NCBI GenBank assembly: GCA_973895155.1
Contig: OZ316894.1
Location: 12,440,828 to 12,504,827 of the forward strand
DNA: 64,000 nucleotides
Direction: 5' to 3'
Source: Marsupella aquatica
Lineage: Eukaryota > Plantae > Marchantiophyta
Under the pieces are notes generated by a model that saw only the letters and a list, made by a program, of their open reading frames with translations, made no database searches and was not told where the DNA came from. A program made the translations under genes and the position numbers. Shown here piece after piece: positions 25,035 to 38,300 of the stretch. Within the stretch, counting starts at the first letter, position 1. Each line of letters starts with the position of its first letter.

Positions 25035-25466
25035 TCTACAACTATAATAAGTGATCCCGCCTTTTTTTGTCCTTCATCCCGTTATGAAATCCAGAATCTA
25101 TGGGAATCAAAACTGGCCGTTATATATTTTAGAGTATTTTTGTATCCATTTGATTAGCACTTGCCCTCTCTGGAAAGGCCCCCAATGCCTGTGCCTTCAT
25201 TATGGACCCCCTCGCGAGATACATATACAGGCATCAATGCTCGCAATGTCTCGCCGGCCCTTTTGATGCCTTTCCCTCCCGTCGGTCCCAATGCGCTTTG
25301 CCCCTCCCCTCGGTCCACGCCCTGCCTTTCCCTGATGCCCTTGCCCTGACACCCTGCCTCGCCCTCCCCTTGGTCCCGTTGCACTCGCCCCTACCTCTCG
25401 CCCCCAGGCCTGACTCCCTATGGGCCGGCCTTCATTGCACCGTGCAACGCACGAGCACAGGGCTTG
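25035..25466 (+). mobile_element. Non-autonomous Helitron (~430 nt)
   Basis: 5' end A|TCTACAACTATAATAAG. 3' end has hairpin CGTGC-AAC-GCACG, then CTTG|T (a CTAG variant). It is inserted between A and T with no TSD. Confidence 0.72.
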
Positions 25467-25839
25467 TTTTTTAATATAAAGAAAAATCATGATAAAAAGC
25501 ATGTATGATTATCATTTGTCATAGATCATAGTTATGAGTTTTCCCATCCACATGATTAGCCATGGAGTTAGCGTCTAGAGGCTTCTCTAGAAGCTAAGCC
25601 CCAACTCTAGTTTGTAAGTTGCTGCTTTATAAGTAATATATTTTTTTAGGAGTAATGGGCTCATGATTGAGAGACCCCATACTCAGATGGGTTTAGGGGT
25701 TGGATTATTGTTGTCCAAACCAAATTTACCATATTGAGCATACAAAGTGAAGGAAAAAACCCAAATTTTCCAACAAGCCCAAAGTTTACTTTCCTAGATT
25801 TCCTTCCAAACAGTAAAACATAAATTAAAATGTAAATTG

Positions 25840-26430
25840 TGAAGGCATCAATTCAAGGTCAGTTGCGTTTCCAGTGCTAGGTAAAGTAGGCTCTTCTTTG
25901 AATTAGGTGGTTGTACCCTCCTGACCTCTTTTGCTTTTACCTACTCTATTGTACCTTTTGTCTTTTAAAAGTATTTTTTTCCTCAAAAAAGTACCAGTAA
26001 AAGCTTAGGCATCAATTCAATGTGAGTTGAGGGGTAAAGTGGCCTCTTCTTTCGAGGATTGTATTTGCCCTCGTCTGGTGAGTAACCATAGGTATTGTCC
26101 TCTTTGGACCTCTTTCACCTACTCTACTATACTATAATTTCTCCTTCTGAGTAAAAAGCTTCCCCCAAATTGTAGAAAGTAAGTGAATATTAAAATGGTG
26201 AAAGACCAGGTGAGTTCACTTCAAGCGCAGGGTAAAGTGGTCGTCTTCTTCTTCTTTGCATTTGCCCTTTTCTTTCGAGTTAGTTGTTTGTTCCCTGTGG
26301 ACCTCTTTTGCTTTTACTCTTACACTACTGGATCCTTATCAGTAGCTTGTTTTTTCTACAAAAAATGAAAATGAAAATTGTGACGGCTGTAATTCAAGGT
26401 GAGTTGCAATTGAAGTGTGGTAAATTAGCC
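25840..26430. repeat. Degenerate ~170-200 nt tandem repeat
   Basis: AATTCAAGGTGAGTTG...GGTAAAGTGG..TCTTCTT...GACCTCTTTTGCTTTTAC recurs three to four times. Confidence 0.6.
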
Positions 26431-29400
26431 AGGGTGGTGAAACAGCAAGTCACCGGTAAAGAACTAAAGCAAAAAGACATGCGGAGGGATTACATGTAGA
26501 ACAAAACCTAGCTTTGATGTATATGGTTGCATATATCACCGTGCCAAAAGGCAAAAATTCCAAACCAGGAGACGGGATCCGAGGGGCACAACAACCCAAT
26601 AAGGGGGGAGGCGCAGGCAAGCCCCAAAGAAGACCAAAAGGTCCAGCAAAGCTAAGGGACCAACAACAACAGATTGAAGAGCAACTACCAAAAACTAAGA
26701 CACAACAAAGAAGCCTAACTATTGTGCAAAGAATTGAAAAGTCTGATAGAGCTTTGGAATATAGCATTATAGCATACTCATCCTGGAACATGAAAAGTTA
26801 TTTTGTACTCTAACAAAAAGTTTAAGTTTTTTTAGTGAAATACAAGTGATCTAATTTTTTTGTGGCAAATATAAATAGGACATTGATTAGGAAGCCACAT
26901 TGCAAAATTGTGCACATAAGATACAAGAGTAAAAGTACACATGTAAAGAAAAATAATAATCAACAGTAAAAATTTAAGTCTATGGTATTGGGTTCAGCAC
27001 ATACTATACACCAGTAAAGATACTTATATACTTATCTTAGATAATGACACTCAAATGAATTAAAACCATAAATTTAGGACACAAAACCATGAATAGAACT
27101 TAAAGACATGAGGAGTGCACTTTAATTAAATCATTTCTTCTTCACTAAGGGCTAGAACTTCCGTGAGCTTTGTTAAAGGGTGGATGATGAAAAGTATATC
27201 ACAGATTGAAAAATTTAGAGGGGTGCCAGATTAAATTCAAAATCTAAAGTATACAAGGGATGCACCTTGGTAAGACACATTGAATTAAAATACACAAGAA
27301 AAAAAGTATGAATAAGACAAAATACTGGAAGATAGATTCACCATTATAGCAGTTTCATTCTGGAATTTTGAAAAGTCTGATAGAGCTTTTGAATAAATGA
27401 GAGAATTACTAAGCAAAATCTGTCTAGACGCCCTAAAACTGCCCTACAAAGGAAAGCAAAAATCTGGGCCCATGAAAGTGCAATAGACACCCTCTGTTGA
27501 AAGGTGAGGGTCACTCATTTCTGGCCCTGAACAAATCTACCTATTTGGTAACTCACCTAGTTCCCAACTATATATTTCTCTTGTTTTCTCCCTTTCATTG
27601 GGTTTCAAGATTTTCATCCTCAGACTTTTTGGCTCTTTGATCTTCTGGCTAGCCCCTTTATTGGGTCAGGAGCCTTTGGGATATTACATCCTGTTTGATT
27701 CATGTTATTATTTGACAATGTGATATATACTTGTAAATATACTGGTGGCGGTATTAAAGTGCAACTCTAGTCTGATTTGCATCCTTCCTGATACCAAAGT
27801 AAAGGCACACAGATCCGATTTGATGGCCTCTCACTGAATCTCAACACATTTGGAACGACATTCAATATTTTAATGTCTTGAGCTGATTCAAATATCAATA
27901 TGGTATAGCCGTTGGGATTTCCTCAATACTCTCGGTAAATACATTATTGCCGTTGGAATTTCCTCAGTACTCTTAGTGAATACGGTACGTGGTACTGTTA
28001 CTGGGACTGTAATTTGTATGTTGACATCCGTCCGTGCACTGGAGCACAGCACTCTTCTTTTCTGATGCCTCACTCACCATGGTACAATAAATGCATGCGT
28101 TCACAGTGACGAAATACAGTGACATGATCAAATATGATTCGCCACTAACATAAACGAAACCTGACTTTGACATTTGGGTGCTGTCCTTTAACTTTGATGC
28201 ACAAAGTGTAGGGTTTATCTTCCAACTGCTCAATCTGACATTATTGCTGTATTACGATATCGGCCTGCTTCTATTCACTAGAAAGTGCCAAAACGAAGTA
28301 CATTAGAATAAAAGGAAAAAGGAGGATAGTTGTGAATGAGCTCGGTGCTGAACTCAGGAGCAGTGTTTTTTTTAGTGGCAAAAATTAGCTAGATTCCACC
28401 TCCCCAAAAACCTTTAGTCACTTTTGGCAAAATTTCTACTATTTTGCTGTCTCATTAGCCAGTGTTCCATCTAATCTCAGGCCCCACTAGCCAGAATCTA
28501 ACGTCAGTCTTAAATCTAGGGAGATTTGATGGTCAGTAAAATAATTGAGTAGTGAATCTGTTGAGCATCTTCTGCTTCACACATTTTAGATTCCCACTCT
28601 GGCCAAAAAGTGAAATCCTTATGAAATACTCTGCTCAGGAGACCTAATAAAGGGGAGAAAACAAAAAAAAATCAGTCAACACCATTTAGTCAAAGAGCCC
28701 AAAAGCCGGAGGGTCCCCATGAATGGCACTAAGTAAAGCCCTATTGTGCAGCAAACTGAAAAGGTGGATAAAGTTCTCAAGTGAACTGCATAGGAGAGTC
28801 CAGAGTAATATACATGAAGTTTATTTACTAACAGGCCAAACAAAGTACAATGACAAAACAGCAAAAGAAGTCCAAAGCAAATGGAAATCCACAAAAACCT
28901 AGAAAGAGAATAAGAAAAAGAAAAAAAGGAGGAAAACATTTACAACTACCATTGTAATGAACCAGTGGTCCACATGTACACAATAGGGGAGAATGAGCTA
29001 AGAGACAATTATACTCCTTTGGCACTCCGGACTACACTCCTAACTATTTCAGATTACACTCCTAACTACCCAATCTCTGCTGACGAAGAAATCCATTTTT
29101 TAGTATATTGCATGGATCGTCATGCCATGGAAGCTTCAGCTGAATCTAACTAGCTAGACTATGGAGATTAGGGTTCGTGCTTTCGATCCACTTTGTGGTC
29201 CCTATTCGAAATGCCTTTCTTTGACTGAGGGAGCCATTATTGGAGATGGGTGGTCCTCCTTGGGGAACCCAATTGGCATGGAATCTATCAAAAATTGAGA
29301 GCAGCCAATGGTCCAAATTTGATGATCTTCAAATGACCAACAATGGTACCCCCACTCGTATTCTCCAGAATCAACTATGGTGTAGCGCATGGTTGACTTT

Positions 29401-31269
29401 GCCACCATGACTTTCGGCTAGCGTCGCAAAGCCGAAAGGGAAGGGCATCATTATATGTGTATAGGATTGGCCAAAACTATCAAATCCTTTGGTACGTGGG
29501 CAGGTGGGCTTGAGGATACTGTAGATTGGTTGATTTGACAAATAAACAAATTCAAGGAAGATGATCCCATCGACAATTCTGCCTGACGGGTAACAAAAAG
29601 TTAACGTGGTCCCTGTCAATGATTTATATTTTTTTTATAATTAATTTTTAAAGGGGAAACCTCCTTAAAGCAAGCCTCTCCTTCACTTTTGGTTTTTGGA
29701 AAGGGAAATATTTCATTCACAAGTGATGTCCAAGGCACTTCAACCTAACCAACACATCCACTCGCCAACCCTCCCCCACACCCAGCCTGAGAGGTACTTA
29801 AACCTGAGACATGCTGGTCCCAAGTTCAATACCCTGGCCAATTCAAGGCCTATCCATTATTGCTAAATTAAAAATGTGGTGTTTGATGATGTTGGGTAAT
29901 TGGGCAACCATTCCTTGCAAATTCCCTTCCATTTTCTCCATGGTTTTTGGTATTTCTCATTTTCCAGGAATACCATAAATAGCTCATGTCCAACAAGCCA
30001 GAAATTTGGACCACCTTGCAAGTTAGTCGAGATATCTCCCTCCCCTTCCCCCTCCCGCCTCCCCCAATCCCTGACACATAAGAAAAGTGTTAGGATGCAA
30101 ATTGCCACTATTGTTTGTTGATAATGTGGCAGCTGAACCCAACTTCCCCTTGAATGCCCAGAGTGCGTGGGCGCAGGCAAACCTGGGTATCCATGGCCAA
30201 GGAGGTGTCCATGAGTTGGACTGTGATCCAACAGCAGAAATTCCTCCCCTTCACCCTCAGCAGGCTTTGGCGTGCAACCTTTCACGGCTCAACTCATGCT
30301 ATGAAGAACAGCCATCCAAGACACTCTCACCACAAAAATTTCCCTTCCCATGCACCTCCCTTCCTTCGTGATAGTGACTTGGGGGCTTTGCACTTTTGAC
30401 TCCAAAAGAATTCAGGCATGGTAGTTGATCAATACATGGGAGAGGCAAGGAGTTTCCTCACAAGTCATTTTCTTATTCATGTGCCCTTATGTTCTCTAAC
30501 AACATTTGTTTTTGGCTTACAAATGGGTCGTTGTAGCAGTAAGTGCAGCAGAGGCACTTTTAATCAGGTGAATTATATTCAGTATTGTATTGGAGACTCA
30601 TCATGGAATGCTCAGGACTGGGAGTAAAAATGGCAGCTTGTGCAAATAAGCTCTTCTTTGAACATAACCATTCCATCCTGTTTTGGTTTATTTTGAAATT
30701 TGACACACTCTGCCGTGTCTCAAATTTTCTGCAAGATTTGACATGTAGGCTGTTACACAAATCACAAACAATTCTCGCAAGATGGCATTTGCCACATCCG
30801 GTTAGTTAATGTCACAAGTTGTCATAACCATACACTCTATGTAACCGCATCTGAGTGGCTCACCATGAGGCTGCAGGGTTATGAGATGGTCAAGACAAAG
30901 GTTTAGGGTCTAGACATTTCCAGCACGCCTGGCAGTCTAGCTCAAGGGTTGTAAGACTTGAGTGGAAGTTTCCTGGTGAAAATTGGGCAGTAATGCACTG
31001 GATCTAAGCCTTTAATCCATGGTCTCTTAGGGCTACATGGTCAAACCCTCAAGGGCTAGTCACCATATGGGATTAAAGGCCGTGCCCCAGTCAGGCTAAG
31101 TGCCCTTGGAGTGAAGGCTGTAACCCCCACAAGGTCTTGGGTTATCCTATTTGATTATACCAATTCATACAAGTTATTCCGGAAACATACAGTGTCCATG
31201 TACACTAATTGCAGGTTCATAGGGATGGCAAACACAATCCAGTAGATGGGAAGGAAAAATGGGCCAAAA

Positions 31270-31613
31270 TGTTGAGCATAGACAACATTTGTAACGGTAA
31301 GCCCATGAACCATCCAACGCACAATAGTCGACACAGAGAGATACGTGGTTCACCTCCACATGAGGCTACGTCCACGGGAACACACAAGAGCTTTACTGCA
31401 CTCTAGGCCGACCGGCCATACCAAGCATCCATAGCACAAGCTCTCCCTATCTCTCAACTAGCTCCGTAACAATGAGCCTAAGTTCCACCAGGGTCTGGCA
31501 TCAGCCTTGGCTATATGCACACCAACACTACCGCTAACATTAGCTAAGTCCTAACCCAAGTTAGACTAACTATGGTTAGCTCATGAGTCACAAGACTAGA
31601 GCAATATCTAACA
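31270..31613 (-). repeat. Copia 3' LTR
   Basis: Matches 42226-42569 with about 13 substitutions by eye and no indels. Confidence 0.96.
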
Positions 31614-31808
31614 AACTCCCCCTTGACTCTTGTCTTGGGGACTAGACTAAATGCTACCATATGGAATCCTCAGCGGGAAGTTCTAGACAATCACCAAACC
31701 CGGTCTCCCCCTAAAAACCACAAGGGTTAACTAAGGGTTAACTAGAACTAAGCCGTAGCAGTAATCCATATACAAATAGTCACACATTGCTAAATAATTC
31801 TACTTGCA

Positions 31809-34800
31809 CTACAACTGCAAAACCTGCAAAGTAGCACGGTGTCTTGAGAAACTCTTCAAAGGAATCACTTTGGTAAAGGCATCAGCGGGATTGAGCTTTC
31901 CATCAATCTTGACTAGCTCAAAAGTTTTATCAGACACTGCTTGCCTGATAAAATGGTACCTGATATCAATGTGCTTCACCCTACTATCCATCACTTGGTT
32001 AGCAGCCAAGTGAAGAGCATTCTAACTATCACAGTTTAGAGTCATTTTGCCATGCTCTAAATCCATCTCTACGATCAACTTGTCCAACCAAATTGCTTCC
32101 TTTGCTGCTTCTGCTGCTGCAACATACTCTGCTTCTGTAGTAGACTGAGATATGCACTTCTGCAACTAAGGTAAATTTCCAACTGATACATCCTCCTCCA
32201 AGAGTGTATACAAACCTAGTTGTAGACCTCCTTGTATCTAGACAACCTCCATAGTCAGAATCTACATAGCCAACTAACGTTCTATCTGATCTGTTATCAA
32301 ATAGTAATCCATAGTCATGTGTACCCTTGAGATACTTGAGAATCCATTTCACAGCTTCCCAATGTACCTTCCTTGGATTTGACATGAATCTGCTAACCTT
32401 GCCGATTGCTAGGGCCAAGTCAAGCTTAGTACAAGTCATCAAATACATCAGACTGCCTACTACCTTCTCATAAGGAATCTTAGCCATCAGACCTTTCTCC
32501 ACAGCATCCGTAGGAGAGAAAGCCGATGATAACTTGAAATGTGAAGCTAAAGGAATACTCACTGGCTTACAGTTCTCCATGTTGAATCGTGCAAGTACTT
32601 TCCTCGCATACTGGCCTTGACTCAAGCACAACTGTTCAGTATCAAAGTTCCTAAAAATCTCCATCCCTAAGATCCTCTTGGCCTTACCGAGATCCTTCAT
32701 CATGAATTCAACACTCAATTTTGCCTTGAGACTGTCAACCTCAGATTGATCTTTAGCCACAATCAGCAGGTCATCCACATAGATCACCATAATGATGAAA
32801 CCAAATACATCATTCTTGACTGATTTTGTATACACACAAGGATCATACACCATCCTTGTAAAACCTTGAGCAAACATGAAATCATCAAACCGCTTGTTCC
32901 ACTATCTGGGAGACTGCTTCAATCCATACAAGGACTTGAGCAATCTACAAACTAAGTTCTCTTGGCCCTTCTTCATAAAGCCTAGTGGCTGTCTCATGAA
33001 GATCAACTCTTCCAAGTTGCCATAGAGAAAAGTTGTAACAACATCCATCTGATCCATCACCAGATTAAAAAACACAACAAGTTGACACAAGATCCGAATT
33101 GTGGAATACTTAGCCACCGGTGAAAATACTCCATTGTAATCCACTCCTTTCTCCTGAGTGAATCCCTTGGCAACAAGCCTTGCCTTGTAGATCTTATCTC
33201 CACCCTCTGAAGGACTATCCTTCAACTTGTAAATCCACTTGCTGTCCACCACTTGCTGACCTCTTGGAAGCTCCACCAGCTCCCAAGTCTTGTTGTCACT
33301 CAAAGATTGCAACTCCCTCTGCATTGCTGCATTCCACTCAGGCTTCTACTCTGAAGCACAAGCCTCACTGTACGAAGAAGGCTCTCCTTCTTCCAAGATC
33401 AACGCCATGTCATCATCATCAGGTGCAATGTCAATATCATCTAGCTTAGATAAGTCTGCCCATTGACCATACCTAGTAGGAGCTCTAGTAGAACGATTGG
33501 AAGTTCTTCTAGTAGATGACTTAGGCTAATCTACTGCTGCTGCTGCTGGTTGAATTTGAGGTACCCCAGCAACAATCTGCTCCTCTTGTTCTATCACAAG
33601 AACCAGCTCCAAGCTCGAAGCTTCTCCATCTCTCCTATCATGAACAACATCATGACTAATCTCCCCCTCAACCCGGTCCAAGATGGGAGATTTTCCCTTA
33701 TCAATATGGGAGTCCTGAGAACTCTCCCCCTCCTTTGATGATCTGGATTCATGAAAGGACACATCTCTACTAACAATTAGTTTACAGGTTACTAGATCCC
33801 ATAACCTATAACCCTTCACACCTTTCTGATAGCCAAGGAAAATGCACTTCTTTGACTTGGACTCCAGTTTGGATCGAAGCTGAGAAGGTGTAAGCACATA
33901 AGCATCACATCCAAAAATCCTCAGATGTGAGTAATCTGCTGGACACCCGTACCTCATTTCAAATGGCGTCTTGAATCCAATAGAAATGGATGGAGAAAAA
34001 TTTACCAAATAAGCTGTAGTGTTGACAGCTTCAGCCCAAAACTCATGTGATAAGCATGATTGACTCAACATACTCCTCGAGCGGTCCAATAGTGTTTGGT
34101 TGAGTCTCTCAGAAACACCATTTTGCTGAGGAGTATAACTTGTTGTGAGATAGCGAGTAATCTCCTGCTCCTTACAATACGTCCAAATTCCTTGGAATTG
34201 TATTCACCGTCGTTATCCAATTGAAGATATCTCACTTTGTTACCAGTCTGATTCTCAACTTGGGCTTTCCACTCCTTAAAAGTGACAAAAACATCAGACT
34301 TATTGTGTAGAAAGTAGATCCACACATACTTTGAGTAATCGTCTATGAACGTGACATAGTATAACCGTCCAGAATGTGAGGGAGTAGGGGCTGGACCCCA
34401 CACATCACTATGTACATACTCAAGTACCTCCTTGTTGGTGTGAGTTCCAACTTCGAAGGGTTTTCTATGCTGCTTCCCAAGCACACAGTGCTCACAAAAA
34501 TCTAACTTAAAAGATTGCAAATTAGAAAGTAATCCTTTCTTCTGAAGAATAACCAAACCTTTTTCACTCATGTGGCCCAAACGGAAGTGCCACAACCGGG
34601 CCGTCTCTTCATGAGATAAGGTTACATTGGCTTCATCACAAACTATAGTGCCCTCCAAAACGTATAAATTGCTATGTCTCTTTCCCTTCAATACAACTTT
34701 AGTACCAGTTGAAACCTGAAGGACACCATTAGCAGAACTCCACTGATGGCCATTTGCCTCTAAAACTCCAAGTGAAATGAGATTTTTCATCATGCTGGGA

Positions 34801-35346
34801 ATATGTCTCACATTCCTTAACGTGCTTACAACACCATCAAACATCTGAAATCTTACAGATCCAAGTCCAACAACTTGACATGGGATTCCATTTCCCATCA
34901 ACACTGACCCGTTGGAAACCGTGTAAGAACTAAAAAAATCTCTCCTAAAGCAAATGTGAAAAGTACATGCACTATCTAGAATCCATTCATCACTACCTGG
35001 ATTTGACACTACGTTGAGAGCATATCTTTGGCATCACAATATGTCATCATTATCAAGTAAATCTACCTCATGCGAGCTCGATGCCGCGTTAGCAGATGCA
35101 GTAGGGATCTTTACTCGACAATCCCTTTTCATGTGGCCAGCCACAATCCAACATGCAAGAGGCTTTCTCTCTTGCGATTTCCCTCTGGATTTAGATCTCC
35201 CCCGTGATGTAGATCTAAACCTGTTCTGCCCATTCGTGTGCTGCGTTGCTCTTCCCCTGTTCATATTGAGCGCAGTGCCAGAAGAAGATGCTATCTGTGA
35301 TTGACCCAACTTCTTCTGAGCATCATCAGACAGTAAAGAGCTACTA
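31809..35346 (-). pseudogene. Copia gag(C-terminal)-PR-IN-RT-RH polyprotein, disrupted
   Basis: Motifs: degenerate Zn knuckle (CW...GHMKRDC), PR WILDSACTFH, LWHFRLGH..CEHC, IN VHSDVWGP/FIDDYSK, GVKGYRL, RT YKARLVAKGFTQ/SLYGLKQSPR/YVDD, RH YVDSDYGG/KHIDIRYHFIR. Several stops and frameshifts. Confidence 0.95.
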
Positions 35347-38300
35347 GGGAACCGCTGGATTTGGAAGTTAGCTTGTGCATGTTTGAGTTCTAATGGATGA
35401 AGAGAAATATGGTTTTGGAACTTTGAGTTCTTAACTTGTTTATATTATTAAGTCAAGAGGGAAGAATTACAATCATGGGAACTGAGATGAATCCAACTAA
35501 CATGGAGAGGTTTTCATCCTTGATTGTTGCTTACTTACATGGAATGAAGGAGAAGGAGATGGAGGAGAACAAGAAGAAGGAGTTGTTTGGTAGGACCACG
35601 AAGTACCTACACTCGGTTCTTACCAAGCAAGGAGAATTTGATGGGCGAAATGTAACCAAGTATCTCAAGGGGTACTGGACGGAGGCTACAATTCATAAGA
35701 TTGATGCAAAAGTTGCAGTCAAGGAGTTTGTATCTTTAGTAGAACCTAAACTCAAGGGAATTGTTACTACCTTGATAGATGGAGCTACTGGGGAGAAAGC
35801 ATGGAAGGTCTTTGAGTTGAAGATGAAAGAAGAATTTCAGCTTGAAGATCCAGATCGGGTTACTCAAACATCTTTTCTTGATTGGGTGGCCGATAGAAGC
35901 AAGAAGTTGGGACCTCAAGAATTGATAAGGAAGTTTACGAAGAAGTTCAATCAGCTTCCTGAGATTGGTTCTGAAGTTATCAAGGTACAGAAGGCTACTT
36001 TACTTATCCGAGCTGCTGATGAGAAACTTCAAGACAAGTTGGAGCTTGCTCTGGAATTGATGAACCCAAGTCGTGGAGCCAGTCCACCAACTTGGGAGGA
36101 GATTGAGATTGCTGTGCTTAGGGTCAGCCAAAAGCATAGAAGAAAGAAGCTGAGTCATGAAGGTGCTCTACATGCGGTTGCACCTGTGACTTCTATGAGG
36201 AGAATGGAGAAAATAGAGTCAACAACTGGTAGGGGTGAGAAAAGCATGGACAAAATGGATGAGTTATCTGAACTCATGAAAAATCTTACCATTCTTGCCA
36301 CCCAAGCCTTCGAGCAGATGGGAGGAGGTGCATCAAGACTAGCGTCAAGAGGTGGTCCAAGAGCCGGGAGTTCCATTGGCGGAGCAAGGAGTTGGAATTG
36401 TATTTGGTGTGATAGTAAGGAGCACTCAAGGCGTGAATGTGGGGAGCTTTCTGTTGCTCTGAGAGAGAGAATAGTCAAGTTCATTGATCATGATGGCATA
36501 AGAAAGCTTGCTTATCATGATTCAGGAGAGCTTATTCCAGTAAACACAAACAAGGGCGGTATGAAGGTGTTGGTGGAGAGAAGAATGACTGAACATCATA
36601 CTTCAGCCATTGCAGCAGCTTTTGGAGATCAGGATGAGCATGAAGCAGATGTTTACACCCTCTTTGGGAGTTCTTCGTCAACAGAGACAAACAAGAAAAG
36701 ACTAGCAGAGTTTGTAACGAGGAAGTCAGGTTGGAGTGATCCAATGTTGATCTCTTCTTTCACTGCAGAAGTGGGATCTCTATGGGATTCTATGGTAGAG
36801 GAGAAACAAAAGTCGTCGGAACCTTTGGAAGAACGTGCCAAAGGAAAACAAAAGGTTGAGCCTGGACCCTCTATTTTGCAGCCATCATCAAGAGTCCCAA
36901 CAAGGAGGAGTGTTCGATTTGAAGATAGAGGAAGTACAACAAAGGAGCCTACTTCGACTCCTTCATCCTCAAAGAAGATGGAAGTGGTAAAAAAAGAGAA
37001 GGTGGAAAAGAAAGGACCTGGTTGGGTCCTTGGAAGAGATGTTGAGCAGCACATTGCGTATGATCAAGTTGCTGAGAAGTTTTGAAAAGCGGAGGTGAGC
37101 GGAGTCACCAATGAGGAGTTTTTTTCTTGCATGAACTCCAAGGCTCAAGATGCATTACTTGTAAAAGTGAAACAAAAACGATTTTACAAGGAAGGACCTC
37201 ATGCCTTGGGAATGGAGATTTTTTCTGATGTTGATGAAGATGGAGAAGGTTCAATTGTTTCTCAAGCCAGTGTGGAGTGTGAAGTGTGAAGTGTATCAAG
37301 TGAATGCGGAGAAGATCCCTAGACCACAGATGCTAGGGTCTTCAACAAAGGAAGTTCCTGAACCAAAGATGTCAGGAGTTGAGGTATTGGAGAGGTGGAA
37401 ACCATTGGCGAAAGCAACAACAGGATTTGCAGTGACCCAGGATATGACAAAAATTAGTCGTGAAGAGGTGCTCAAGGCCTCACAAAGTGTGTGGGTCATG
37501 TGTGCTTCAGCTATGAAGAATCCTGATTCAGGAGACGACAAGGAGTCCATCTTGGAGCCGTTTTGGGCAAGAACTTGCTCAGTTGTGGAGGTAGAGCTTG
37601 TAGGAATGGAGGGCAAAGCTCGAGCATTGATTGACACAGGATCTGAGGTGAATCTAATGTCAAGAAGCATCTATGATCTTGGGCAATGGATGATTGATTG
37701 TGATACTCAATGGTCTGTCAACTCAATCAATCGTTCAAAAAATATGCTTTGGGGAGGATGCCGTGGAGTATCAGTGAAGGTTGGCCATGTGATAGAACCA
37801 ACTAACATCTTTGTGCATGATAGCTTGCCCTATGATCTCATTCTAGGGCAGCCTTACATTACTCAAGCTCGAATGGAGTACAAGGTCCTACCAGATGGCA
37901 TTCATATGGCAAAGGTAAGGAGTCGGGATGAATTGCGGGTTATCCAATTTCCTGTAGTGAAACCTGGACATTGGAGGAATCGGAAGGAGTTGAGAGGACC
38001 TGAACCCAAGGAGGGAAATGAAGATTTCCGGAAGGCGTCTCGTTAAGCAATGCGGGAGGGCGGGGCGCCATCACCAATGACCCGCTGATGACTTGGAATG
38101 TGAATAGTTTGTTGGCAAGCTCATTTGAAGGTGAAAGCTTGCATTGTCGAATTTCTTATGTGAAAGTGTGTGAAGCTACTAAAAAATTCAAAAAGAAAAT
38201 TGCAAGGATTGAGGATACTATGCAAATACATGGATTGCTAGAGGAAAGTGAAGAGATTGAAAGCCTTCTAGATGAAGAAGGAGTAGAAATGTCTTTGAAA

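Noticed and set aside
29860-30440. Possible L1-type LINE remnant
   Set aside because: Only a vague peptide resemblance with many stops. Not supportable without a search.
36155-37670. Antisense ORFs over the gypsy gag/PR
   Set aside because: These are shadow ORFs of a purine-rich coding strand.
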